The notes under the pieces are model-generated. The model saw only the letters and a list, made by a program, of their open reading frames with translations. It was not told the DNA's origin and made no database searches. Both the position numbers and the translations under genes were made by a program. Of a DNA stretch of 64,000 nucleotides, positions 10,077 to 20,962 are shown piece after piece. Location: assembly GCA_965246715.1 (NCBI GenBank), contig CBDFFH010000038.1, positions 32,001 to 96,000 on the forward strand. The letters run 5' to 3'. Positions within the stretch are counted from its first letter, which is position 1. Every line of letters begins with the position of its first letter. This stretch comes from Chamaesiphon sp. GTDB taxonomy: Bacteria; Cyanobacteriota; Cyanobacteriia; Cyanobacteriales; Chamaesiphonaceae.

Positions 10077-10976
10077 ATGTCTTCATTATCAGAACTATCG
10101 AATAATTTAGCCGAGATCGTCGCCCATGCTGGCGGTGCGGTAGTAGCAATTAAGACCGATCGCCGGTTTGCACCGAGTGGCATTCACTGGCGCAAGGGCA
10201 TCATCGTCACCTCCGATGAGTCGCTTCAGAGCTATGATGGCATCTCCATCGTCGATCCCAACGGTCGTACCGTCCCAGTAACCCTATTAGGTCGCGATCC
10301 TAGCACCGATGTCGCTGTATTTAAGCTAGAAGATAACGATATTCCCATCGCAACCATTAGCGCGGCGGCCACCCTGAAGGTTGGCCATCTCGTCCTAGGA
10401 GTGGCAAGGAGCATCGAAGGGGACGTGCGATCGACAATGGGCACCATCAGCGTCATTACCGGTAGCTGGCAGAGCATGAGCGGTGGCACGATCGATCGGT
10501 ACATTCGTCCGGATATTACCTTCAATCCTGGCTTTGCGGGGGGTGCGCTGGTAGATGCGGCGGGGCAGGTAGTGGGGATGAATACCTCCGGACGACGGGG
10601 TACGGCGTTGACAATTCCGGCGGAAACGGTAGATCGCGTTGTCGAGCAATTGACGACGAAGGGGCGGATCGTTCGGGGTTATTTGGGCGTGGGAATGCAA
10701 CCCGTGCGCTTGCCGCAGAATCTTGTCACCACACTTAATTTGGCTAATTCACATGGGGTAACGCTCGTCAATGTCGAACCCAATAGTCCTGCCGATCGCG
10801 CAGGGATGTTGTGGGGAGATGTTTTGGTTACGCTCGATGGCATCGGGGTGGGCGATCCTGGTGATGTGCGAAGCATCCTCAATCACGATCGGATCGGTCA
10901 AACTATCCCCGCACAATTAGTTCGAGGCGGTAATGTGGTGGAATTATCGGTCACGATCGGCGAACGAGCGGTCTAG
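10077..10976 (+). CDS. S1C (HtrA/trypsin-like) protease homologue with PDZ domain; catalytic triad degenerate
   Basis: GRDPSTDVAV, PGFAGGALVD (canonical GNSGG), C-terminal PDZ (GYLGV, SPADRAG). Confidence 0.88.
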   Translation: MSSLSELSNNLAEIVAHAGGAVVAIKTDRRFAPSGIHWRKGIIVTSDESLQSYDGISIVDPNGRTVPVTLLGRDPSTDVAVFKLEDNDIPIATISAAATLKVGHLVLGVARSIEGDVRSTMGTISVITGSWQSMSGGTIDRYIRPDITFNPGFAGGALVDAAGQVVGMNTSGRRGTALTIPAETVDRVVEQLTTKGRIVRGYLGVGMQPVRLPQNLVTTLNLANSHGVTLVNVEPNSPADRAGMLWGDVLVTLDGIGVGDPGDVRSILNHDRIGQTIPAQLVRGGNVVELSVTIGERAV

Positions 10977-11255
10977 TAAATCGATGGTTAATTAAGTCAG
11001 TTAAAAAAATCACCGATTATTGCGCTCGATCGCAATTTATCTATTATCAGATCGCGATCCACAGCCAGTTTTCAAACTGGCTATTTTGGCTGCCGATCGC
11101 TGTCGATCGGGCGTAAGATTGGCATACCGAAATAAATCAGTTGCAATTTTCCGGAAGAGTGGCTCTGGTGTAGGCTGGGAAATTCTCACCTGCTCGATCT
11201 GAGCCGATTATAGTCGAATAAATATATCTATAAATTGAGGCAAAAGAGCGCAACT

Positions 11256-14200
11256 ATGGCCGCACCACCCGATCGATCTTTCTCACTGGACTTAAAAATA
11301 GATCCAGATAATCCTCACCTCTTGACTGGATTGGAAAATTGGTTGGAGTTGGGACTGATCGACGATCGCCAGATCCGCGATGTAGCTAGACTTTTTCTAA
11401 CTTGCCGATTACCGTCAGTCGTCGCACCCAGTATTATCGAGGAACTTCAGCCACAGACAGTTAGCAGGTATCTAGAAGAGCCGATCGCGGCCAAGCGTCG
11501 TCAGCCTTCGGTCTTGGGCACGATTTGGGCTGCCTTTAAAGATGAGTTGAGCGTGCGGTGGTTGCTGTTTTTGGGTGTATTTTTAGTCATCCTCTCTTCA
11601 GGTGTATTAGCTGCGACTCAATGGCAACGGTTTCCGGCTTGGGGGCAATATGGAGTGCTCTGGGCATACACGATCGCGTTTTGGGGCGTGGGCTTGTGGG
11701 CGCGGGGACAGGCGGGGTTGTCGCTGACGGCGAATACGTTGCAGATCGTCGCGCTGTTACTGATTCCCGTGAATTTTTGGGCGCTCGATTCGTTCCAGTT
11801 ATGGCACAATCCCTGGGAATGGCTGACAGCAGGGTTGGCGATAGTATCGCTATCGGCACTTGCCTATTTAGATCTTCAGCAACGCCAGCAAAAATCGGGG
11901 TTGAGCCAGATTGCCATCGGTTATTTAGGGTTGAGTTATCTGGAGTTGGGTTGGCAGATTCCCTCCTGGGCAACAATTTCGGTGTATTTAGGCGCGATCG
12001 GTGGCGTGAGCTTGTGGCAACGACGGCACCAAATTTTTGGAGAGCGCCAGCAATGGCAAAGTCTGGCGATTTATAGTCTGGCAATGCTGCTATTACGGGC
12101 GTTATTTATCGTGCATTTGCCCGCGCACAACTTTGGACTGGCGATCGGGATTATCGGTTGGCTGGTGGCGCAGTGGGGACTACAGGAGTGGATAAAGATC
12201 GATCGGATCGATGCATTACTAACTCGCTCTAGTACGGCGACTGTTTCCAGAACTCAGTATTTATCGCAGCGTCGCACGACGGCGGAGGGGTTAGCCCGCA
12301 ATTATCACGCAGTTGCGGCTTTGCTACTGTTATTGGGCTGGCTCCTGGCAATGAGTCAATGGGGCAGCACCCTACCGCAGGGTTCGTCTTGGCAGCCTCT
12401 AGCAGTGGATGGGCTGGTCCTGCTATGGTTGGGACAACGGTTACAGCGACGGAGCTACTATAGCGATCTTACCTGGCTGTTTGTCGTCGGGTTGCAAACC
12501 TACGGGCTGAGTTTTGCCATCGCACCCGATCTGATTCCGCTTGCCAAGTGGGATTTTTGGTCGTACTTATTGCCGATCTTTGGAGCAAATGCGCTCTGGG
12601 CGGGAACGCTAATCGGGATGCCCTATTTATGCCTGTGGATTGGCATCTCCGAGTGGCTCGATCGCATCGATCGAGTTAAATTAGCGCAGACAGCCGAAGT
12701 TCTAGTTTTTGGCTATGGGTTCCTCTTAAACATTCTCAGTCTCCCCAATCACTTGGGGCTGTTGCTAAATCTGGCGATTTCCACGCTGGCATTGATTTAT
12801 CTGACCCATCGACGGACAGCAGTCAGAACCCCACTTATTTACATTACGCATTTCTATGGCTTGGCAACGATCGCGTTAGGCATAGGCTATATTTTTCCAG
12901 AATTGCAGACGAATAGCGCAATGTGGGGAACGGTAGCTGTCAGTTTGGCGATCGGGGAATGGCTGGTTTCAACCTTACCGGCTGTGTCTGGTAGTGTCCG
13001 CGATCGGTGGTATCGCAGCGCTTGGCATTACGCTCTGGGGCTATCGGCGGTTAGTTATTTGCTGTATTTATCTGTCGATCTCGATCCGTTGATTTGGGCG
13101 TGGTTTTCAGCCCCCATCGCTTTAACTTGGCTGGGATACAGACGATTGCCCGCTCTGGCGATCGAGATTCCTCGTTTGCCCTGGCAGATCGCGCGACAAG
13201 AAGAAGCGGCAACTTTCAGCGTAGCTAGTCTCATCCTCGCGCAAGGTTTGACGATCGCTAGTCCAAACTGGCGGTTATGGGGTTTGGGCATCTCTGTCGG
13301 CTTGATGTTCTTCAATGTCCGCCGATTGCGAATCTTACCTGTGACGGTAATTCACGTCGGCTTTGGATTAGGTACGATCTCCTGTTTATTAGAACGGTGG
13401 CTATCGGTCTCGACTTGGCCGATAATCGGTGCGATCGTCTGTGTGGGATTGTGGCTGGCTGCTGCACAATTGCGCCGTCGAGACAACGATCTAGCCCAGT
13501 TATACGCTCGATCGAGTGACGGGTGGGCGCTGAGTTTGAGTAGTGTTGGTGTGGCGATCGGGACAATGATTTATGCCGCTAACTATCTGCCCTGGTGGAA
13601 TATCTCATCGTGGCAATGGCACCATCCGAGCATTGCAATTTCTGCGGCAATTTTAGCGATCGGCTTATGGTATAAAGATAAATCGCTCGCTCAAGCCTGG
13701 ACTTTGTGGGCGATTAACTGGACGCTGCAACTAGGCATCGCCGAACTCATCCATCTACTAGGCGGTAATCCACTAACACTCGCGATCGTCGATATCGCGC
13801 TCGCTTTCCCCTTATTCTTCCTAATTATTCCCCTCCTCGGAGGGGTGCCCGCCAGGGCGGGGTGGGTTCCGGTGCCCGTCAGGGCGGAGTGGTTTCCGGC
13901 AATCCGCCTTCTCCCCTGGTTTTATACACTCTTAGGGATGGTCTTACGCCTACCCTACTTTAATTCCTATACCGGCGCACTAGCGATCGGGACAGGCATC
14001 ATCAGTCTATTAGTAGGCTGGCGAGCGGTAAGTTCTGGGATCGCTTATTTCGGCTTCTTGACGAGCGCGCTGGGCTGCTACGAACTGGTTACCTACCAGA
14101 TCTTGCAAGCACCCACAGGGGGAAATATCGCTGATGCCCTGACGATCTATGGCTTAGTTACTGCCATCCTCGCGCTCGGCTATCGCCTGTCGATCTGGTG

Positions 14201-15245
14201 GTGGGAGCGACGTGGCCATACTACCTGGCTGAATTTACCCCTGGATCGATCGAAAACAGTCGCACACATTCATTGGATCGGGGCGAGTGGTTGGAAAATT
14301 GCCGCAGCATTAATCCCGTTGTCGCCAGCTCCGCAGTTGAGCCTCATCCATCTAAGTACTAGCATCCTCTTGGGTCTCTATGCGATCTGCCAAGGACGCG
14401 ATGCTGCAAAGCAGCCGCTCGACGAACGCAAGCAGCAGGGTGATTGGTGGGTATATGTCGGAATTGTCGAGATTTTAGGTACGGGCATCTATGCGCGATC
14501 GATCTTTAGTAGTCTGGGCATCTTAGATGAATTTATCATTCTCGCCGCTTGTATCGGCTGCATCGGGATTTTACTCACGCCGTGGTCGAGTTGGGGGTGG
14601 CAAGATCGACCGTGGCAAAGGGTTGCAGTAGTTTTACCATTGCTGCGGGTATTATTTGTCGCCGATCGGATTTCGCTTTTAAATCTCCTCATTATCGCCA
14701 GTTTCTATGCTGGTGTTGCCAAACGTCAACACCAGTTTGGGTGGATTTATGTCAGTCTGCTGTTTGTCGATTGGGCAGCGTTCCGCGTCCTCGGTCTTTA
14801 TCACTGGCAAGATCCACTCTGGTTTGCCGCGATTGCCGGAATTTCACTTTTACTTAGTGTCCAATTCGATCCCTATTTCCAGCGCACCGAACGGCGACAA
14901 AGCCGACATCTGGCAAGATCGATCGGTAGTAGTGCGATCGCGATAACCGCTCTAGTCATCCATCAAGATCTACCCTTCATCCCTGCGGGAATTAGCCTGC
15001 TGCTTGCTTTAGGTGGGATCGCGCTGAGCATCCGCGCCTTTTTGTATGTGGGCACGATTACCTTGATGCTGACGGCAAGTTATCAACTGATTATTCTAAT
15101 TACCGAATATTCATTTACCAAATGGATCGTCGGTTTGATTGCTGGGGTACTGATTATCGCGATCGCGGGTAACTTTGAACGTCGTCGCGACCAAATCTCC
15201 ACCACCATTCATAATTGGCTCGATCGATTGCAAGAATGGCAATGA
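11256..15245 (+). CDS. Very large polytopic membrane protein (DUF2157-like N-terminus)
   Basis: About 1330 aa and almost entirely TM helices; LENWLELGLI and ELSVRWLLFLGVFLV motifs of the cyanobacterial family. Confidence 0.85.
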   Translation: MAAPPDRSFSLDLKIDPDNPHLLTGLENWLELGLIDDRQIRDVARLFLTCRLPSVVAPSIIEELQPQTVSRYLEEPIAAKRRQPSVLGTIWAAFKDELSVRWLLFLGVFLVILSSGVLAATQWQRFPAWGQYGVLWAYTIAFWGVGLWARGQAGLSLTANTLQIVALLLIPVNFWALDSFQLWHNPWEWLTAGLAIVSLSALAYLDLQQRQQKSGLSQIAIGYLGLSYLELGWQIPSWATISVYLGAIGGVSLWQRRHQIFGERQQWQSLAIYSLAMLLLRALFIVHLPAHNFGLAIGIIGWLVAQWGLQEWIKIDRIDALLTRSSTATVSRTQYLSQRRTTAEGLARNYHAVAALLLLLGWLLAMSQWGSTLPQGSSWQPLAVDGLVLLWLGQRLQRRSYYSDLTWLFVVGLQTYGLSFAIAPDLIPLAKWDFWSYLLPIFGANALWAGTLIGMPYLCLWIGISEWLDRIDRVKLAQTAEVLVFGYGFLLNILSLPNHLGLLLNLAISTLALIYLTHRRTAVRTPLIYITHFYGLATIALGIGYIFPELQTNSAMWGTVAVSLAIGEWLVSTLPAVSGSVRDRWYRSAWHYALGLSAVSYLLYLSVDLDPLIWAWFSAPIALTWLGYRRLPALAIEIPRLPWQIARQEEAATFSVASLILAQGLTIASPNWRLWGLGISVGLMFFNVRRLRILPVTVIHVGFGLGTISCLLERWLSVSTWPIIGAIVCVGLWLAAAQLRRRDNDLAQLYARSSDGWALSLSSVGVAIGTMIYAANYLPWWNISSWQWHHPSIAISAAILAIGLWYKDKSLAQAWTLWAINWTLQLGIAELIHLLGGNPLTLAIVDIALAFPLFFLIIPLLGGVPARAGWVPVPVRAEWFPAIRLLPWFYTLLGMVLRLPYFNSYTGALAIGTGIISLLVGWRAVSSGIAYFGFLTSALGCYELVTYQILQAPTGGNIADALTIYGLVTAILALGYRLSIWWWERRGHTTWLNLPLDRSKTVAHIHWIGASGWKIAAALIPLSPAPQLSLIHLSTSILLGLYAICQGRDAAKQPLDERKQQGDWWVYVGIVEILGTGIYARSIFSSLGILDEFIILAACIGCIGILLTPWSSWGWQDRPWQRVAVVLPLLRVLFVADRISLLNLLIIASFYAGVAKRQHQFGWIYVSLLFVDWAAFRVLGLYHWQDPLWFAAIAGISLLLSVQFDPYFQRTERRQSRHLARSIGSSAIAITALVIHQDLPFIPAGISLLLALGGIALSIRAFLYVGTITLMLTASYQLIILITEYSFTKWIVGLIAGVLIIAIAGNFERRRDQISTTIHNWLDRLQEWQ
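13827..13897. repeat. Short dispersed repeat inserted in frame in a CDS
   Basis: Same sequence as the intergenic copy at 3315, plus a tandem partial duplication; translated as IPLLGGVPARAGWVPVPVRAEWF. Confidence 0.8.
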
Positions 15246-15895
15246 ACATCCGAGTCATGGTAGTAGCGACTGGCGCGATCGCGAGATCGGGATTATCAGC
15301 GATGATAACGGCTCATCCGGAAATGACATTAGTTAGCAATGTTCACGATTTGGATGAATTGGCGCAAGCAATCGATCGATCGGTACCAGACGTTATCATG
15401 CTGGATTTAGGCAATTTACCTCCCACATCTGTCTGGGAAAAGTTGACAGTAATTCAAGTGGAAGCAGCGCGCTCGCTCCCAATTTTAATTATCGATGATT
15501 TCGATCGACTGGATCTGGTTGTTGCCCTACGCGCTGGGGTCAGAGGCATCTTAACCGAGACTAGTACCGAAGCAGAATTGCTCGCGGCGGTATCGGCGGT
15601 AGCATTGGGCTTGGTCGTATTTACGCCAGAGGCGATCGATTCATTGGTGCATGACTCACATTCGCTCGCCGATCGTCAGGACAGCGATCGTCTAGAATTT
15701 AGTCTGACCCCACGGGAGATTGAAGTGTTGGTGCGACTCGGTTCGGGACTGGGGAATAAAGCGATCGCTCAAGGTTTGCAGATCTCCGAACATACCATTA
15801 AATTTCATATCTCATCCATCTTCCAGAAGTTGGGTGTCTCAACCCGAACCGAGGCGGTGGCGATGGGTATTCGGATGGGATTGATTTTGTTGTGA
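15242..15895 (+). CDS. NarL/LuxR-family response regulator with an atypical receiver
   Basis: LTPREIEVL...NKAIAQGLQISEHTIKFH HTH; ATGA overlap with the upstream stop. Confidence 0.92.
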   Translation: MNIRVMVVATGAIARSGLSAMITAHPEMTLVSNVHDLDELAQAIDRSVPDVIMLDLGNLPPTSVWEKLTVIQVEAARSLPILIIDDFDRLDLVVALRAGVRGILTETSTEAELLAAVSAVALGLVVFTPEAIDSLVHDSHSLADRQDSDRLEFSLTPREIEVLVRLGSGLGNKAIAQGLQISEHTIKFHISSIFQKLGVSTRTEAVAMGIRMGLILL

Positions 15896-16019
15896 CTGAG
15901 ATAGCTGACTCGATCGCCTCTGCTAATCATGGTAGCGATTGAATATTCAAGACAAGATCTGGATAGTAGGTGTGACCCACCATCCTTAACATCGATCGAC
16001 AATTTAAACTAAAACTCTG

Positions 16020-16382
16020 TTAATTAACAACAGATTTGACGGCATTAACTATTTCTTCTTGGGAATATGGTTTAGTAATATAGACATCGATTCCCTGTTT
16101 CTGACCCCAAAACCGATCTAAATCTCGATCGCGCGCAGTACATGCAATGATGGGAATTTGCTTGGTATCGGGATAGACTTTCAACAGCCGACAAAACTCA
16201 AAGCCATTGATGCCTTCCATCGTAATATCAGTGATAATGACATCAGGCTGTTGCTTAGCAGCTAATTCCATGCCATCTTCTGCATTATTTGCCGAGATAA
16301 CTTGATAACTATTGTTTTCAAGATAGAGAGTTATCAAGTCCAGTTCGGAGCGACTATCTTCGACAACCAAAATTTTAGTCAT
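16020..16382 (-). CDS. Single-domain response regulator (PilH/CheY-like)
   Basis: ILVVED, IITDITM, CT, YITKP; DRFWGQKQG resembles cyanobacterial PilH-type regulators. Confidence 0.9.
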   Translation of the reverse strand: MTKILVVEDSRSELDLITLYLENNSYQVISANNAEDGMELAAKQQPDVIITDITMEGINGFEFCRLLKVYPDTKQIPIIACTARDRDLDRFWGQKQGIDVYITKPYSQEEIVNAVKSVVN

Positions 16383-16779
16383 TTCTTCGATTTGATTGAT
16401 AAAATATTTAAAGTCTACTTTCTAGCTGATTCGATGACTGAGGATGAAACTTTGAATCTTCACCTAACATATTTAATCGGTTGCTGCTGCATCCAAAAAG
16501 CGAGAACTTACCCTACTACAAATTAATTTGAGTAGCGATCGGTATAATTGCTTAGATATGCCATCGTCAATTTTTGCGTCAACTGGCTTTAGTATACCCC
16601 ATACAATGTCAAGAGTAACACTGGCATATTAGTTATTTTGTATACCTTTGATATTGCTAATGTAGCTATTTTATATCCATGCTGTCGAGCGACAAGTCCG
16701 CTCGAAGATTAATTTTTCAAAGCGATTTAATATTTCAAAAATAGCTTGCTGACAGGAATATTTACTAACTGAGATAATT

Positions 16780-17694
16780 CTAATACTCTGATTTTCGATC
16801 GCGAATCATTAGTGCCATCATTGCTTCTGGCGCTGTAATCTGGCCCTGCAATAATCGATCGACTAAGATCGTAATCGGCATATAAATCTGATGCTGCATA
16901 GCGATCTGAGTCAGAACTTTAGTAGTATTAACACCCTCTGCCGTTCCTGATAAATCAGCTAAAATCTCAGTCAATATTTTACCCTGTGCCAATCCATACC
17001 CTACCTGATAATTGCGACTGAGCGGACTATTACAGGTAGTCAGGAGGTCGCCCAGACCGGATAGTCCGTAAAATGTTTCGGTCTTCGCTCCCCAATATAT
17101 ACCGATCCGAATAATTTCAGTCAATCCCCGCGTTAGAAGAGCAGATTTAGCATTATTTCCTAGTTTCAAACCATCGCAAGTCCCGGCAGCGATCGCGATG
17201 ACATTTTTTACCGTTCCGGCAATTTCAACACCAACCGGATCGTCGTTGGTATAAACTCGAAATTTAGGTGATGAAAATATCGTTTGAATTTGGGTCGCGG
17301 CATCGGCGAGATCGCTAGCCACTACTGTCGCTGCTGGCAATCCCTGTTGAATCTCTAATGATAAATTTGGCCCCGATAATACGACGATCGGATTATAAGG
17401 AAATGCCTTCCGCCAAAGTTGCGCGGGAGTATAATTGGTAGCTGCATCCAAACCTTTAGTGGCAGTTACAATTATTTGCAATGGATCGAGCGATCCGGTT
17501 AATCGCTCGATAACTGGACGGACTCCCGCCATCGAGACCGCTGAAATAATCGCCACCCGATCGCGCACGACCTCCGGTAAGTCTGTGCCACAAGTGCGCG
17601 ACCAAATCGTCGGCACATACCCATTAATCTCCGTCAAGTTTCCTAGCGCCCCACCCCAAGCACCAGCGCCAATAATCGTGATTCGATCTTTCAT
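16780..17694 (-). CDS. gpsA: NAD(P)H-dependent glycerol-3-phosphate dehydrogenase
   Basis: GAGAWG, LSGPN, KNVIAIAAG, GLGDLLTTC, SRN. Confidence 0.95.
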   Translation of the reverse strand: MKDRITIIGAGAWGGALGNLTEINGYVPTIWSRTCGTDLPEVVRDRVAIISAVSMAGVRPVIERLTGSLDPLQIIVTATKGLDAATNYTPAQLWRKAFPYNPIVVLSGPNLSLEIQQGLPAATVVASDLADAATQIQTIFSSPKFRVYTNDDPVGVEIAGTVKNVIAIAAGTCDGLKLGNNAKSALLTRGLTEIIRIGIYWGAKTETFYGLSGLGDLLTTCNSPLSRNYQVGYGLAQGKILTEILADLSGTAEGVNTTKVLTQIAMQHQIYMPITILVDRLLQGQITAPEAMMALMIRDRKSEY

Positions 17695-17746
17695 AGTCGG
17701 GATAGGGATTAGGGGATAGAGATTAGCGGCTAGTAAAGTTGATAAT

Positions 17747-18634
17747 TTAATTGATAATCGATCGTTTTCGCGGATATCGCTCCATCAACTGCCGCACTTC
17801 CTCTGCATGGTAGGAGCTACGAGTCAGCGGTGTTGAGACTACTTGCAGGAAGCCAATTTCTTCGCCATAGCTGCGCCAAGCATCAAACTGAGCTGGAGTG
17901 ACAAATTCAGCGACACCCAAATGTTTGGCTGTGGGTTGGAGATATTGCCCGATCGTGATGATATCGCAATCTACCGATCGCAGATCCCGCAGCGTTTGGC
18001 GGACTTCAGCATCGGTTTCGCCTAAGCCGACCATAATGCCGGATTTAGTATAGACATTAGGCGTATATTTGCGCGATCGAGCTAAAACTTCCAGCGAACG
18101 GTGATAATCACCTTGGGGTCGCACGCGGCGATACAATCTGGGGACAGTCTCCGTATTATGATTGAGGACTTCTGGTGCCGCAGCTAAAATCGTCTCTAAG
18201 GCTTGCCAATTGGCACACAGGTCGGGAATTAGGACTTCGATCGTTGTTTTGGGCGACAGGCTGCTCACTGCCTCGATACACTGGACGAATTGACCCGCAC
18301 CGCCATCGGCTAAATCATCGCGATTGACGGAGGTGATCACCACGTGATTGAGGTTGAGCCGTTTGACAGCTTCAGCTAGCCGCAACGGTTCGGTCGGATC
18401 TAAAGCTTGTGGTTTTTTCTCAAAATCGATATCACAGTAGGGACAAGCACGGGTACAAGCAGGCCCCATGATCAAGAACGTTGCTGTTCCCGCACTAAAA
18501 CATTCACCGATATTGGGACAAGAAGCTTCTTCGCATACAGTGTTGAGCTGCAAGTCGCGGAGGATGTCTTTGACATTCCCGACGCGCTCCCACTGGGGTG
18601 CTTTTACCCGCAACCATTCTGGTTTGACTGTCAT
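17747..18634 (-). CDS. lipA: Lipoyl synthase
   Basis: [26 protein letters not shown]. Confidence 0.97.
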   Translation of the reverse strand: MTVKPEWLRVKAPQWERVGNVKDILRDLQLNTVCEEASCPNIGECFSAGTATFLIMGPACTRACPYCDIDFEKKPQALDPTEPLRLAEAVKRLNLNHVVITSVNRDDLADGGAGQFVQCIEAVSSLSPKTTIEVLIPDLCANWQALETILAAAPEVLNHNTETVPRLYRRVRPQGDYHRSLEVLARSRKYTPNVYTKSGIMVGLGETDAEVRQTLRDLRSVDCDIITIGQYLQPTAKHLGVAEFVTPAQFDAWRSYGEEIGFLQVVSTPLTRSSYHAEEVRQLMERYPRKRSIIN

Positions 18635-18693
18635 AGCAATTGATGAGATGTTCGCAAGGCTACTATTCTAGCAAGATCCGGGCAATGGAAATA

Positions 18694-18715
18694 GGGGCGG
18701 ATCGCAATCCGCCCC
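18694..18715. terminator. GC-rich hairpin between the M23 gene and lipA (terminator/REP-like)
   Basis: GGGGCGGAT-cgca-ATCCGCCCC, 9-bp stem. Confidence 0.45.
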
Positions 18716-18758
18716 AACTAGTAGTAGCATGATTTACTCCTTCGATCGGGACTGTCGG

Positions 18759-19928
18759 TTAAATTCCCGCAGGTAGATCTTTTCGTGCGTATGGATCTGA
18801 CCGTTTGAGCACATCTAAAGCATATTTAATCTCGTCACCTGGATCGACTGCGACCCAACCCTTATCTGTAGATACCCGTTCTTCAAAGTGTAAGTGCGGG
18901 CCAGTAGAGTTACCAGTGCTGCCTACCGCGCCAATAACGGTACCTTGGTCGATCGATTGTCCTGCTTGCACGGAAATCTCCGAGAGATGGCCGTAGAGAG
19001 TCTGTTGGGTGCCATGCTGAATGACGATCGCCTTACCATAACCACCATTCCAACCAGCAGAGACGATCGTGCCAGATACAGTCGCAACTACAGGTGCGCC
19101 CATCGGTGCGCCGATATCTACGCCTGAGTGAAAGCGGCGGGTGCCTGTCAAGGGATGCGTCCGCCATCCAAAGCGGGAAGTAACGGGTGCCGGATTCAAT
19201 AGCGGATAGATCGCTACTTGACCCGGTACGGTTGCCGTGGGATCGATTTCAGCAGTTGCATCAGCTACGGATAGAGGTGTCGCTCCTGGCTGCACGGTAG
19301 GGATTGCTACCACAGTAGGCAGCTTTCTGAGCTTAGTTACCGGTCGTAGCGTTGCAACTGGTTGTACTTTCTTGATGAACTGCGTCAGTGGCGGGGGAAC
19401 GAGAATCACGACCGAGGCTTCGGCGGGTTCTGCTGCCGGACTCGGCTTAATCTCCGTGCGGCCACCCAAAACAGCGACATCGCTAGAAAAAACATCTTTT
19501 TGCTGAGTAAGTGCGTTCGCCACCTCAGGATTAGCTGGAGCTAAATCGCCAACAGTCGAGTTATTCGCCTCAAACTTTAATTCTTGAGAATTCTGCGCTG
19601 CGATGACAGGATCGCGATCGATTCTTGCGCCTAAATGTGCTTTGTCGAGCACGCTTTTCCTTCGAGTTGTGCTAGAGTTCTCTACGCTATTTGTATCGTT
19701 TGAGTCACCATTGCTACCAACACTATTGCGGTAAGTCTCGATCCGATCTGTGTTGTAGTTTACATTTTCTGAATTAGCAAGATTATCTCCAGCTGGTGCT
19801 TGGCTGCTCGGTGTATTATTTACTACTCGAACTCGATCGCCTGAATGTGAAACCCATGCATATGTAACCTCTGTACTTAGAAGCACTCCGGTAATAGCTA
19901 ACAAACCAAACGATATTTTTATACTCAT
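18759..19928 (-). CDS. M23-family metallopeptidase with signal peptide
   Basis: HSGVD, YGHLS, STGPHLHFE. Confidence 0.92.
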   Translation of the reverse strand: MSIKISFGLLAITGVLLSTEVTYAWVSHSGDRVRVVNNTPSSQAPAGDNLANSENVNYNTDRIETYRNSVGSNGDSNDTNSVENSSTTRRKSVLDKAHLGARIDRDPVIAAQNSQELKFEANNSTVGDLAPANPEVANALTQQKDVFSSDVAVLGGRTEIKPSPAAEPAEASVVILVPPPLTQFIKKVQPVATLRPVTKLRKLPTVVAIPTVQPGATPLSVADATAEIDPTATVPGQVAIYPLLNPAPVTSRFGWRTHPLTGTRRFHSGVDIGAPMGAPVVATVSGTIVSAGWNGGYGKAIVIQHGTQQTLYGHLSEISVQAGQSIDQGTVIGAVGSTGNSTGPHLHFEERVSTDKGWVAVDPGDEIKYALDVLKRSDPYARKDLPAGI

Positions 19929-20018
19929 AGATGCAGTAATGTCGGGGTAGATTGTGTGTCGAGACTTGGCAACTAAGAATGAAATTTGAGTCGATCGAGT
20001 TCACAATATAATACTCTA

Positions 20019-20840
20019 TTAATAGCCATTGACTACTACTAGATCGCCAATGTCTAAAAATTTTCCTACTTCACTTAAGGGAATACGAGTATTGATACCT
20101 AGTCGATAAAAATGGTCGAATCTCGATCGATTAACCTCGATCGGTAACGTCTGTTTCCGTTGCTGCGTAAAGATTTGTTGAAATTTTGGCCGGGTCTCAC
20201 CAGTCAGCCAATTGCGAGTCGGGACGATACAGCGTTGACAGGGATTGATGCCCTCACATCGGACATCGCCAAGCTGAAACTCAACCACTTCAACAGATGC
20301 AGCGAATAGACGATCTTCCCAAAAAGCTGGCACGCCACTGAGTTCTAAATTGGTTCTAAATCTCCGCCGAGCTTCGGCGAGATCGAGATCGGGAAACCAG
20401 GTGCAAATCGTCTCTAAGGTTGCCGTGCTAATAATTGTGGGGCCATAAGCAGCGAGATCGTCAGGAAAGCCACTAACCGAATTTTCGATGAGGCTGACAG
20501 AAAGTCCCAAAAAACTACTCAGCCATTTAGCTGAGTCGATGAGTTCGGTCTGGAGATCGAAAGTCTGGCTGACACTATCATTGGCTTGGAGCGTAACTAA
20601 CAGTTGCGGTACACCATCGATCGGCGGCAGGCTGAAGTCAAACCGACTGCGGATTTGGTGAATTTTCGCCGTACGCTTGGCATTGACAACTTGCCCTCGC
20701 TCATCCAAGATCGCCCACCGTCGATCGAATGCTAACGCGCCACCTGCGGAGATCTGGGCGCGCTCGACGCTCGCGCCGTCCAGCGATTTAATCGGATAAA
20801 TCGCAATCTGAGCTAAAGTCGGTTGGCTGCGGACAGTCAT
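20019..20840 (-). CDS. MOSC domain-containing protein
   Basis: IYPIKSLDG, DRRWA, RRFRTN, PCQRC. Confidence 0.9.
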   Translation of the reverse strand: MTVRSQPTLAQIAIYPIKSLDGASVERAQISAGGALAFDRRWAILDERGQVVNAKRTAKIHQIRSRFDFSLPPIDGVPQLLVTLQANDSVSQTFDLQTELIDSAKWLSSFLGLSVSLIENSVSGFPDDLAAYGPTIISTATLETICTWFPDLDLAEARRRFRTNLELSGVPAFWEDRLFAASVEVVEFQLGDVRCEGINPCQRCIVPTRNWLTGETRPKFQQIFTQQRKQTLPIEVNRSRFDHFYRLGINTRIPLSEVGKFLDIGDLVVVNGY

Positions 20841-20962
20841 ATTGTCTCCTCGCTGAATACGCTGCGATGGGGATACCACCTAATCTTCTAGACGTTTAGT
20901 AGAAATTATGGCAGACTGCTCGATTCACAACAAGCAACCGCTGCTCGCTTCGAAGATTGAAG

